NCBI GenBank assembly: GCA_963738155.1
Contig: CAVTVG010000007.1
Span: forward strand, 249,834 to 313,833
Source: an uncultured Alphaproteobacteria bacterium
GTDB lineage: Bacteria; Pseudomonadota; Alphaproteobacteria; Rhizobiales; Xanthobacteraceae
Direction: 5' to 3'
Length of the DNA stretch: 64,000 nucleotides
This document shows, in pieces, positions 37,084-45,304 of this stretch (positions are counted from its first letter, which is position 1; every line of letters begins with the position of its first letter). The position numbers and the translations under genes were made by a program. The notes beneath the pieces were generated by a model. It did not search any database. It was not told where the DNA came from and saw nothing but the letters and a program-made list of their open reading frames with translations.

Positions 37084-38028
37084 ATGCGTGTTGCGGCAGG
37101 ATTGTTGGTTGCGGTTTCCCTTTGCGTGCCCGGGATGGCGTGGTCGCAGACCGCGGCGCCTCAGGCGGCTCCTGCCCCGGCGGCGCCCGCTCCCGCAGCA
37201 GCGCCCGCTGCCGCCCAACCGCCCCAGCCGGCACGCGCTGCCTGCACCAATCCGGATGCTCTGGGCGTCGCCCGCACTCTCGAGATTGATACGACGGGTG
37301 GCCCGGGCTTCGGCTTCGAGCATTTCAAGGAGTTGGACTTCCTGAAGGACAAGGAAGTCGTGCTCACCTTCGACGACGGCCCGTGGGAGAAGAACACCGA
37401 AATGGTGCTCAAGGCGCTGGCGGACCAGTGCACCACCGGCATCTTCTTCGAGATCGGGAAGCACGCGACCTACTACCCCGAGATCGCCAAGAAGGTCTAT
37501 GCGGCCGGCCATACCATCGGCACCCACACCTGGTCGCATGAAACCTTGGTCAACAAGAAGCTCAGCGAGGACCAGCGCAAGGAAGAGATCGAGAAAGGCA
37601 TCAGCGCCGTGAAGTGGGCGCTGGGCGGCATCTCGCCGTCGTCATTCTTCCGCTTCCCGGCGCTGCAGCATCCGCCGGAGATGGTCACTTATCTCGGCGA
37701 GCGCAACATCGCGATCTTCTCCTGCGACGTCAACTCCTTCGACTTCAAGTATCACGATCCGAAGAAGGTCATGAACCTGATCTTCCACGGGCTGGAAAAG
37801 AAGGGCAAGGGCATCATCCTGATGCACGACTTCCACAAGGAAACCGCCGCGCTGCTGCCCGACATCCTGAAGCGGCTGAAGGCCGAAGGCTACAAGGTCG
37901 TTGCCATGCGCTCCAAGGCGCCGGTGAAGTCGCTGCCGCAATACGACGAAGCGCTGATGAAGGAAGCCAAGCTGCCGACGGTGAGCAACCGGCCGCTGTC
38001 GAGCGTCGTCACCGAGGTCTCGCAGTAG
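37084..38028 (+). CDS. Secreted polysaccharide deacetylase (NodB/CE4)
   Basis: TFDDGP, HTWSH, FRFP, LMHD; signal peptide and Pro/Ala linker. Confidence 0.92.
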   Translation: MRVAAGLLVAVSLCVPGMAWSQTAAPQAAPAPAAPAPAAAPAAAQPPQPARAACTNPDALGVARTLEIDTTGGPGFGFEHFKELDFLKDKEVVLTFDDGPWEKNTEMVLKALADQCTTGIFFEIGKHATYYPEIAKKVYAAGHTIGTHTWSHETLVNKKLSEDQRKEEIEKGISAVKWALGGISPSSFFRFPALQHPPEMVTYLGERNIAIFSCDVNSFDFKYHDPKKVMNLIFHGLEKKGKGIILMHDFHKETAALLPDILKRLKAEGYKVVAMRSKAPVKSLPQYDEALMKEAKLPTVSNRPLSSVVTEVSQ

Positions 38029-38045
38029 AGCGGTCGCGCCAAATC

Positions 38046-38600
38046 GTGGCGTTCCGGATCGAGGGCTACGTCATCGTCTCGGCCGACGGCATGCTCGCCA
38101 ATGCCGCGCATGTCATGCCGGATGAATTGCGGATCGAGGGCGACAAGACCTTCTTCACCGCCGCCCTCGACCGCGCCGATCTCGTCGTGCACGGCCGCAA
38201 TTCCGGCGAAGCGCAGCCCAATTCGCCCAAACGAACGCGGCTTGTCCTGACGCGCAGCGTGGCCACGCTCGCGCCCGATCCCGAAAATCCCAAGGCGACC
38301 TTGTGGAATCCAGCCGGCGCGTCGTTCGAGCAGGCGGCTGAAAAGGCCGGCGTGCGCTCGGGCACCATCAGCATCATTGGCGGGCCGGCCGTGTTCGGCC
38401 TGTTCATGGACCGCTACGAGACGTTCTGGCTGTCGGAGGCACCCGAGGTGAAAATCCCCGGCGGCGAAGGCTGTTTTCCCGGCGTGCCCGAGCTTACCCC
38501 GCACCAGATCCTCAGCTCGCATGGACTGAAACCCGGCACGCCTCAACTGCTCGATGCGGCCGAGAATGTCACCGTCACGCCGTGGCGGCGTAACGGCTGA
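38046..38600 (+). CDS. Dihydrofolate reductase-like (RibD C-terminal fold) protein
   Basis: YVIVSADGMLA, HGRNS, IIGGPAVF; GTG start. Confidence 0.75.
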   Translation: MAFRIEGYVIVSADGMLANAAHVMPDELRIEGDKTFFTAALDRADLVVHGRNSGEAQPNSPKRTRLVLTRSVATLAPDPENPKATLWNPAGASFEQAAEKAGVRSGTISIIGGPAVFGLFMDRYETFWLSEAPEVKIPGGEGCFPGVPELTPHQILSSHGLKPGTPQLLDAAENVTVTPWRRNG

Positions 38601-38612
38601 GGCGTTGAGCGA

Positions 38613-39062
38613 CTAAACATCTCCGTAGGCCGGCTCGGCGGCGCGCCGTCCGCGTCCGTAGCCCGCGATCATGAATAGCGCGCCGATGATCGACAAGTTC
38701 TTGAGAGCATCGACAATCATCGTCGCGTCCCCCGGCGCCGGTTGAGCCCAGAAATTATAGAAATAGAAGGTAGAGACGGCGACAAGGACGATGAGGAGAA
38801 CTGCAAAGAACCGCACACCAAAATTGATCGCCAGCATCAACCCTGCAAGGACTTCAAACCCACCAACCAAAATGGCAAGCAACGTAAATGGCTCCATTTG
38901 GCTCAAGTTTTTGAGGTTGTCGACATAGGGCATCAGGAGCGAGGGGATCACGACCTTGTCGCTCATCAGCTTGGCCGTGGTCTGAACATCGAAAAGTTTC
39001 TCTGCCCCGAGGTAGATGAAGAGCACGGCGAACAGGACTCGCCCGAAGGTTATGAATGGCAT
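38613..39062 (-). CDS. DoxX family membrane protein
   Basis: GRVLFAVLFIYLG, FEVLAGLML, KNLSIIGAL; ATG at 39062. Confidence 0.85.
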   Translation of the reverse strand: MPFITFGRVLFAVLFIYLGAEKLFDVQTTAKLMSDKVVIPSLLMPYVDNLKNLSQMEPFTLLAILVGGFEVLAGLMLAINFGVRFFAVLLIVLVAVSTFYFYNFWAQPAPGDATMIVDALKNLSIIGALFMIAGYGRGRRAAEPAYGDV

Positions 39063-39081
39063 TGTCGGCCTCTTGAAAGCT

Positions 39082-39245
39082 CTCGTACCGCCGATCTGAA
39101 GTCCCTGCACCATCCGCCGTGAATTGTTATCAGGGACTTCAGATCGGCGGTACTAAAATCATAAGTTTGCTAGTGCCCATAACTTTCCGAAGTTCGTGAA
39201 AGTGCGTGCGGCGATGGATCACGAACTTCGGAAAGTGGGCACTAG
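39082..39245. repeat. CTAG-bounded double-hairpin element, copy 3 (subfamily I, inverted)
   Basis: Hairpin B 39082-39156, linker, hairpin A 39170-39245 (perfect 26 bp plus ATA bulge). Confidence 0.95.
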
Positions 39246-39356
39246 TGCGAGGAAATCGAACGGCTGCGCAATTATGGAGGTTCCGCCGGCGCTTTTCAAA
39301 CGATTCAACTCAGGCCCGCGCGAGGAACCGAGCCGGTCCAAATCATACCCCCACGC

Positions 39357-41663
39357 TCACGTGAACAGGCTCGGCTGCTGCTTCCCCGCACGCTCCTGGG
39401 CCTCGACGGCGGCGACCGCCGTCATGTTGAGGATGCCGCGGGCAGTCACAGAGGGCGTTAGAATGTGCGCCGGACGCGCCGGCCCGATCAGGATCGGCCC
39501 GACCGGAATGGCATCTGTGAGGACCTTGACCATCTGGTGGGCAATGTTGGCGGCATCCAGCGTCGGCATCATCAGGATGTTCGCCTCGCCCTGCAGTCCG
39601 GAATCCGGCAGAACCAGTTTTCGCGTCGCTTCCGACAGCGCCGTGTCACCCTGCATTTCGCCGTCGGCTTCGAGCTGTGGATGATGCAGCTTCAGCAGCG
39701 CGGTCGCATTGCGCATCTTGCGCGCGGTCTCGGTGTCGTAGCTGCCGAAATCGGAATGCGACAGGAAGGCGATCCTCGGCACCAGGTTGAAACGCCGGAC
39801 GTGATTGGCCGCCAGTGCCGCCACCTCGCAAAGCTCGTCCGCGCTCGGATTGGGCCGCACCTCGGTGTCCGCAATGAAATAGGCGCCCTTGGTCGTGATC
39901 AGCATGCCCAGCGCCGCGAAGTCGCTGACCTCGGGCGCATGGCCGATGATGTCACGGACGTGGCGCAGGTGCCGCATATAGCGGCCTTCGAGGCCGCAGA
40001 TCATCGCGTCGGCCTCGCCGCGGGCGACCGCGAGCGCAGCGATAACAGTGTTGTTGGTGCGCACCAGCGTGCGCGCCGCATCCGGCGTGACGCCGCGGCG
40101 GCCGGCGACCTCGATATAGGTCTGCACATAAGAGCGATAACGCGGATCGTCCTCGGGATTGACCAGGTCGAAATCGCGACCCGCCTTGATCGACAGACCG
40201 AAGCGCTCAATCCGCGCCTCCACCACAGACGGACGGCCGACCAGAATCAGCTTGGCGAGGCCTTCCTCGAGCACCTGTTGGGTGGCGCGCAGCACGCGCT
40301 CGTCCTCGCCTTCGGCGTAGATCACCCGCACCGGCTGGCTCCTCGCCTTGGCGAAGAGTGGCCGCATGATGAGGCCGGAGCGGAACGCGAAGCGTTCCAG
40401 CAGCCCGGTATATTCGTCGAAATTCTTGATCGGCCGTGTCGCGACGCCGGACTCCATCGCAGCCTTGGCGACCGCCGGCGCGATGCGTTGAATCAATCGG
40501 GGATCAAACGGACTCGGGATCAGCGAGCCCGGACCGAACCCTTGCGATTCGGCGCCGGCCAAACCACGCACCACCACGTCGGACGGCGGATCGCGCGCCA
40601 GCTGCGCAATGGCATCGACCGCGGCGTGCTTCATCTCCTCGTTGATGGCGGTGGCGCCGACATCGAGCGCGCCGCGGAAGATGAAGGGGAAGCACAGGAC
40701 ATTGTTGACCTGGTTCGGGAAGTCGGAGCGGCCGGTGCAGATCATCGCATCGGGCCGCGCCGCGCGCGCCTCGTCCGGCATGATCTCGGGATCAGGATTG
40801 GCGAGCGCCATCACCAGCGGTCCCTTGCCCATCTGCTTGACCATGTCGGGAGTCAGGACCCGCGGGGCCGAGAGCCCGAGGAAGATGTCGGCGCCGCCGA
40901 TGACGTCGGCGAGCTTCCGCTTGTCGGTCTTCTGCGCATAGACCCCCTTCCACCGGTCCATCAGGGTCGGGCGGCCTTCATAGACCACGCCCTCGATGTC
41001 GCAGACCCAGATGTTCTCGCGCCTGGCGCCGAGCGAGACCAGCAGATTGAGGCAGGCGATCGCGGCAGCCCCTGCCCCGGAACAGACGATCTTGACGTCC
41101 GGCAGCTTCTTGCCGTTGAGAAGCAGCGCGTTGGTGATCGCCGCGCCGACGATGATGGCGGTGCCATGCTGGTCGTCGTGGAACACCGGGATCTTCATGC
41201 GCTCCTTCAGCTGCGCCTCGATCTCGAAGCATTCGGGTCCCTTGATGTCTTCGAGATTGATGCCGCCGAAGGTCGGCTCCAGCGCCGCCACCGTCTCAAC
41301 CACGCGCTCGATGGTGTCGGCCGCGATTTCGATGTCGAAGACGTCGATCCCGGCGAATTTCTTGAACAGCACCGCCTTGCCTTCCATGACGGGCTTGGAG
41401 GCGAGCGGGCCGATATTGCCGAGCCCGAGCACCGCGGTACCGTTGGAGACGACCGCGACCAGATTCGCGCGCGCGGTCAGCGAGGCGGCCTCTCCGGGGT
41501 TCTGGGCAATCTCGGTACAGGCGGCGGCGACGCCGGGGGAATAGGCGAGAGCGAGGTCGCGCTGGTTGGCGAGCGGCTTGGTGGCGTGAATTTCGAGTTT
41601 TCCCGGCTGCGGCAGGCGGTGATAGGCCAATGCTGCGGCATGCAGGTCTTCGGAATAGGACAT
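39357..41663 (-). CDS. maeB: NAD(P)-dependent malic enzyme with C-terminal phosphotransacetylase-like domain
   Basis: [56 protein letters not shown]-like C-domain. Position relative to glnII recalls the DME-type locus of B. diazoefficiens (from memory). Confidence 0.95.
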   Translation of the reverse strand: MSYSEDLHAAALAYHRLPQPGKLEIHATKPLANQRDLALAYSPGVAAACTEIAQNPGEAASLTARANLVAVVSNGTAVLGLGNIGPLASKPVMEGKAVLFKKFAGIDVFDIEIAADTIERVVETVAALEPTFGGINLEDIKGPECFEIEAQLKERMKIPVFHDDQHGTAIIVGAAITNALLLNGKKLPDVKIVCSGAGAAAIACLNLLVSLGARRENIWVCDIEGVVYEGRPTLMDRWKGVYAQKTDKRKLADVIGGADIFLGLSAPRVLTPDMVKQMGKGPLVMALANPDPEIMPDEARAARPDAMICTGRSDFPNQVNNVLCFPFIFRGALDVGATAINEEMKHAAVDAIAQLARDPPSDVVVRGLAGAESQGFGPGSLIPSPFDPRLIQRIAPAVAKAAMESGVATRPIKNFDEYTGLLERFAFRSGLIMRPLFAKARSQPVRVIYAEGEDERVLRATQQVLEEGLAKLILVGRPSVVEARIERFGLSIKAGRDFDLVNPEDDPRYRSYVQTYIEVAGRRGVTPDAARTLVRTNNTVIAALAVARGEADAMICGLEGRYMRHLRHVRDIIGHAPEVSDFAALGMLITTKGAYFIADTEVRPNPSADELCEVAALAANHVRRFNLVPRIAFLSHSDFGSYDTETARKMRNATALLKLHHPQLEADGEMQGDTALSEATRKLVLPDSGLQGEANILMMPTLDAANIAHQMVKVLTDAIPVGPILIGPARPAHILTPSVTARGILNMTAVAAVEAQERAGKQQPSLFT

Positions 41664-41758
41664 TCGCTCCCCCGAGGCTCATTCGACCCCACCGACGCTC
41701 AGTTCCGGTGTTGTCTCCGATCCGTTTTGCGGCAGATTGAACCGGATGTGAAGCCCGC

Positions 41759-41840
41759 CTGATGGTCCGATTTCAACATTCGCAGCCCATTCTAACAGGT
41801 ACTTTTGCGAATGTTGAAATCAAAGGACCGCTGGCAAATA
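41759..41840. repeat. Truncated double-hairpin element (subfamily II, hairpin A plus half of the linker)
   Basis: GGTCCGATTTCAACATTCGCA-N21-TGCGAATGTTGAAATC[AAA]GGACC then CAAATA; aligns with the reverse complement of 27235-27310. Confidence 0.88.
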
Positions 41841-41930
41841 AGGTCGCAGCCTGGGCCTTTACCGACAGCCGACACTGCGGCGTGTGCTTCGTTTCCTGCA
41901 GGCGCCCAGGACACCGCGCACGACAAAAGA

Positions 41931-41955
41931 AAAGCTCCGAGGTTTTCGGAGCTTT
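41931..41955. terminator. Intrinsic terminator
   Basis: AAAGCTCCGA-GGTTT-TCGGAGCTTT flanked by A and T tracts, downstream of the 23-aa ORF. Confidence 0.75.
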
Positions 41956-41967
41956 CCCTGTTTTTGC

Positions 41968-42039
41968 CTAGTGGTGCAGAAGCATGATCAGGATGATCAA
42001 TGGAATCGGTATTCCCAGTAGCCAGAGAAGGATGGGCAT
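41968..42039 (-). CDS. 23-aa hydrophobic small protein
   Basis: MPILLWLLGIPIPLIILIMLLHH; strong RBS AAGGAG 8 nt upstream; followed by a terminator. Confidence 0.75.
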   Translation of the reverse strand: MPILLWLLGIPIPLIILIMLLHH

Positions 42040-42066
42040 TTCAAATTCTCCTTTGCTCGAGTGGTG

Positions 42067-42924
42067 TCAGACGGAACGGGCCGGTGCAGTTTGACGGATC
42101 GGTAATGTCCCCCACGTGCCATCGCGGGTGCCGCCGCCCTCCAGGGCCGCAAGCGCGGCACAAAATGCGCCGACGAAGAGCGAGAGTGTCAGCCAGATCG
42201 CCGTGTGCATCGCGGTCTTCCGCGCCCTGTCCAGGTCGGCCTTGGCCTGGGTGATGACATCGTTGACACGTTTATCGGCATCCGCCTGACTGAGGCCGGT
42301 GCGCGATGAAACAAGTTTCACAAGGTAGTCGCGATCGCCCGCGTTGACGTCGTTTCTCTCGCGGAAGCTTGTGGTAAGCAGTCGAACGACCTCGCCGCGT
42401 GTATCCTGGAGTGACTGCTGGTCGGTCCGATTATCGGAACGAAGGAGCGCGTCGGCGTAGACATTCATCGGCGAGGTCTGTGCGGAGTTGGCAGCCGCCT
42501 GCGTGGCGCCCGATAATGCCCCTCCGATAAGCGAGGTGGCCGGAGTGGCGAGCAGCAGAGCACCTATGACCGAGGCGATCGCCCAGGCGAGAAAGCCGTG
42601 AGCCGTATCGCGAAACTGGACCTCAGTGGTGTGCAGGCCGACCCATTTGCTGCGGAGACGCCCGGCAAGATATCCGCCCAATGCGGACGAAATCATCGCC
42701 ATGACGATGAAGTACAGACCGGTACCGATTTCGAAAGTGCTCGAGGAGACGCCTCGGCCTCCCCAGGGGGAAACAACGGCGAAGCCCATTCCGGCACCGA
42801 ATGAAAGCAGGAGAAGGGTCAGCGCACAGGAAGCAGCGGCACCCGCCAGAATGGCAGCCCAACTAACTCCTGAAGCATTTGATTCTGCTGATGCTCCAGC
42901 AGCAACGACGGCGCTCTGTTCCAT
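42067..42924 (-). CDS. Membrane protein, general-stress associated type
   Basis: VSWAAILAGAA, RDTAHGFLAWA, several TM helices; EcfG-like promoter upstream. Confidence 0.82.
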   Translation of the reverse strand: MEQSAVVAAGASAESNASGVSWAAILAGAAASCALTLLLLSFGAGMGFAVVSPWGGRGVSSSTFEIGTGLYFIVMAMISSALGGYLAGRLRSKWVGLHTTEVQFRDTAHGFLAWAIASVIGALLLATPATSLIGGALSGATQAAANSAQTSPMNVYADALLRSDNRTDQQSLQDTRGEVVRLLTTSFRERNDVNAGDRDYLVKLVSSRTGLSQADADKRVNDVITQAKADLDRARKTAMHTAIWLTLSLFVGAFCAALAALEGGGTRDGTWGTLPIRQTAPARSV

Positions 42925-42951
42925 GGTGTCCTCCAGTTTCGCTTTGATCGA

Positions 42952-42977
42952 AATGCGAGAAGGAACCGATAGGTTCC
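42952..42977 (-). promoter_or_regulatory. Sigma-EcfG-like promoter
   Basis: Minus strand GGAAC-N17-CATT. Confidence 0.6.
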
Positions 42978-43079
42978 AAACTGATGAAATATTTCGCACC
43001 CCGACCCACAGACCGTCGTCCGCACTTTACAAGACGGTTGGTTGGCCATGTCATCACGCGTGGCGCGATCCTCGACCAG

Positions 43080-43162
43080 GATTTACTTCTGTCGATCACG
43101 AAGACGAACTCGGCTTTCAGCACCCATCCGTTCGCGTCCCGCACCTGGATCGCCATCCGCTG
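43080..43162 (-). pseudogene. 3' remnant of a DUF6894-like small gene
   Basis: RMAIQVRDANGWVLKAEFVFVIDRSK resembles the C-terminus of that family (from memory); N-terminal part absent. Confidence 0.35.
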
Positions 43163-43164
43163 AG

Positions 43165-43353
43165 TTATGCCGCACCTTCCCCTACCGCCAATTCCTTGCG
43201 CACCGCGGCGGCCGAATTGCCAACCGTATCGACCGCCTTCTGCAGTTGCTCCTTCGATATACCCAGGGCGTGGGTCCAGTACTTGACCTCAAAAGCCTCG
43301 TGCATGTTGATCTTCGAGCGGTCGGGCTGCACTCGCTTTGTGAGATGATTCAT
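43165..43353 (-). CDS. DUF3606 family small protein
   Basis: DRSKINMHEAFEVKYWTHALGISKEQLQKAVDTVGNS; RBS GAGGAGGA. Confidence 0.88.
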   Translation of the reverse strand: MNHLTKRVQPDRSKINMHEAFEVKYWTHALGISKEQLQKAVDTVGNSAAAVRKELAVGEGAA

Positions 43354-43371
43354 GACGTCCTCCTCGTGGAG

Positions 43372-43396
43372 AACGCTATCAAGCATCGGCCGTTCC
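43372..43396 (-). promoter_or_regulatory. Sigma-EcfG promoter (perfect match)
   Basis: Minus strand GGAAC-GGCCGATGCTTGATAG-CGTT (N16). Confidence 0.85.
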
Positions 43397-43529
43397 TAAG
43401 CGGAAGTGTAAACCCCCGGCGCGCGGACATCCGTGTTGCGCTAGCTCTGTTGAGAGGTTTACTCAATTCACTCTTCCGCCTCACAACGGCGCTGGCCGCT
43501 AGAGCGCTCGACAATTTCAAGACTGAAAG

Positions 43530-43554
43530 GGAGCAAAACCGCTGTTCGCGCGTT
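43530..43554 (+). promoter_or_regulatory. Sigma-EcfG-like promoter
   Basis: GGAGC-N16-CGTT, one mismatch, 50 bp upstream of 43605. Confidence 0.55.
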
Positions 43555-43604
43555 TCTTTCATGACGTGTTGAACTCACGGCAAACCGCCAACAAGGAGAC
43601 GGAT

Positions 43605-43790
43605 ATGAGCGTCAAGGGTGAAATCAAGGAAGGCGCAGGCTTTCTCAAGGAGGAGATGAACGAGCACGGCAAGTCGCCGGAGAGCCAACGGAAGGCGCAG
43701 GAAGGCCGTGATTTGCGCAACGAAGGCAGGGTCGAAGACGGCAAGGCGCCGAAAACGACCAAGCCCGGCACCGGCCATCCGGAAAAATAG
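43605..43790 (+). CDS. Small hydrophilic stress-type protein
   Basis: MSVKGEIKEGAGFLKEEMNEHG...; RBS AAGGAG; terminator follows. Confidence 0.8.
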   Translation: MSVKGEIKEGAGFLKEEMNEHGKSPESQRKAQEGRDLRNEGRVEDGKAPKTTKPGTGHPEK

Positions 43791-43799
43791 ACCATGAAG

Positions 43800-43831
43800 A
43801 AAAAGCCCCGGCACAAGTCCGGGGCTTTTTT
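43800..43831. terminator. Bidirectional intrinsic terminator
   Basis: AAAAAGCCCCGG-CACAAGT-CCGGGGCTTTTTT. Confidence 0.85.
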
Positions 43832-45064
43832 TCAAGCACTGCCGATCGGCGCATCGCGGGCAATGGCAAAGTCGTCGAGAAGCGGTGAGGTCGCGCCGGC
43901 GAGATAAGCCGCGATCAGATGGGCGGCGAGATAGCTGAACGTGATGCCGTTGCCGCCATATCCATAGGCCGCGCAAATGCCGGGCGCGCCATCCACCGGA
44001 CCAATGAGCGGCAGACCGTCACGCGTGCTGTCGAAGGTGCCGGCCCAGCTGTAATCGAGCCGTGTCTCGGCCGCCGGCCATAACGCCTTCAGCTTTGCAG
44101 TGAGCGTCCGCGCCTTGGCGGGAATGGCCTCATCGCGCCGCTGCGGCTCGATCAGCGTGCGATCATCCTCTCCGCCGAAGATGATGCGGCCATCCGCCGT
44201 CGTTCGGGCATAGCTGTAGTTTTCCGTCGCTTCCCAGATCAGCGCGCCTCCGGGCCAGAGCTTTGTCGGTTGTGGCGCCGTGGCAATCGCCCAGCTCGAT
44301 GAAACCTCCTGCACGGTGGCGCGCACGATTTTCGGCATGACATAGCCGGTCGCGAGCACAACGTGATGCGCTTCGGCCTCGAAGCCGTCGCTGAACGCGA
44401 CCGTCACCCGCGATGCATGGTGATCGAACGCGACGGCCTCGCCTTTGCGCAACCGTGCTCCGCGTCGGACGGCGACGTCCAGCAATCCGGCGGCGAGAGC
44501 TGCGGGATCGGCGTCGGCAGCCTCCGGCGACAGGATGGCGCCGGCGCGCGCGATCCCGAACCGCTCCTTGAGCGCGCGAAAGTCCAGAAAGGCGCCCGGA
44601 AGGCCCGCCCGCCCGCGCAGCGCCGATTCGGCGATCAAATCATCGGCTCGGTCGCCGACGGCGAGATAGAGCGCGTCGCGGCGGTGCATCTCACAAGGCA
44701 GTCGCAACTGGGTGGCGAGAGCCACCAGCCCGCGCGCGGCGGCGAGGCTCGCTTGATAGGCGCGTGCCGCGCGGTCAAAGCCGTAGAAGGCGGTCAGGCG
44801 GCTCAACGAGTGGTCGACCTCCCAAAGCAGCATGGCCGTGCTGGCAAGCGTACTGCCCTGGGTGGGATCTTCACGATCGACAATGACGACTTTGCGCCCC
44901 TCCCGCGTGAGACGCTCGGCGACAAGCGCGCCGGTGATTCCGGCGCCGACGATGAGGACGTCGCAACGAAAGCTGGCGGTTGGATCATGGCGGCGCGGCG
45001 GCGGCGCCTTCCAGGGCGTGTGGGCACTGCGCAACTCGTCTTGACTAAGGTCCAATGCAATCAT
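43832..45064 (-). CDS. FAD-dependent oxidoreductase (DAO/PuuB-like)
   Basis: IVGAGITG, GSTLASTA, WAGTFDSTRDGLPLIG, YGYGGNGITFS; CGAAC-N16-CGTT promoter at 45095-45119 (minus). Confidence 0.9.
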   Translation of the reverse strand: MIALDLSQDELRSAHTPWKAPPPRRHDPTASFRCDVLIVGAGITGALVAERLTREGRKVVIVDREDPTQGSTLASTAMLLWEVDHSLSRLTAFYGFDRAARAYQASLAAARGLVALATQLRLPCEMHRRDALYLAVGDRADDLIAESALRGRAGLPGAFLDFRALKERFGIARAGAILSPEAADADPAALAAGLLDVAVRRGARLRKGEAVAFDHHASRVTVAFSDGFEAEAHHVVLATGYVMPKIVRATVQEVSSSWAIATAPQPTKLWPGGALIWEATENYSYARTTADGRIIFGGEDDRTLIEPQRRDEAIPAKARTLTAKLKALWPAAETRLDYSWAGTFDSTRDGLPLIGPVDGAPGICAAYGYGGNGITFSYLAAHLIAAYLAGATSPLLDDFAIARDAPIGSA

Positions 45065-45184
45065 TCACATGAAAAGGGGTAGCGTCGTGGCCTCAACGTA
45101 CGGCGCGCGGATTCGTTCGGAACGGAGACCGGATCCTCGCAACCGGCCGCAGAGCATTGATCAGTACCTCGCCGTCACCGGAGT

Positions 45185-45210
45185 GGAACAAACGAGCCGA
45201 CCCATTCGTT
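45185..45210 (+). promoter_or_regulatory. Sigma-EcfG promoter
   Basis: GGAAC-N17-CGTT, 95 bp upstream of 45305. Confidence 0.6.
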
Positions 45211-45304
45211 GCCGTGACGACGCTCCAGGAAGCGTCGAGCCGGGTCTCTGCCGCCGAGATGGATCCCCGTTCCCTCCTCGCCCCGGCGATGAAATCGATC
45301 GAAG

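Noticed and set aside
8552-39245. Double-hairpin copies as CRISPR-like or bridge-RNA guide arrays (constant arms, variable ~21-nt inserts)
   Set aside because: The copies are dispersed, not tandem; there is no cas, IS110 or other effector gene in the window; and the loops of two copies (TTCCCTCGCCGCACGCACTAT / ATCCATCGCCGCACGCACTTT) are clearly related by descent rather than independently acquired. I could not test the loops against external targets.
39465-41762. 765-aa plus-strand ORF, and similar long ORFs at 1254-2624, 28805-30232, 58490-60310
   Set aside because: Antisense shadows of well-supported genes, expected from high-GC codon bias; Arg/Ala-rich with no motifs.
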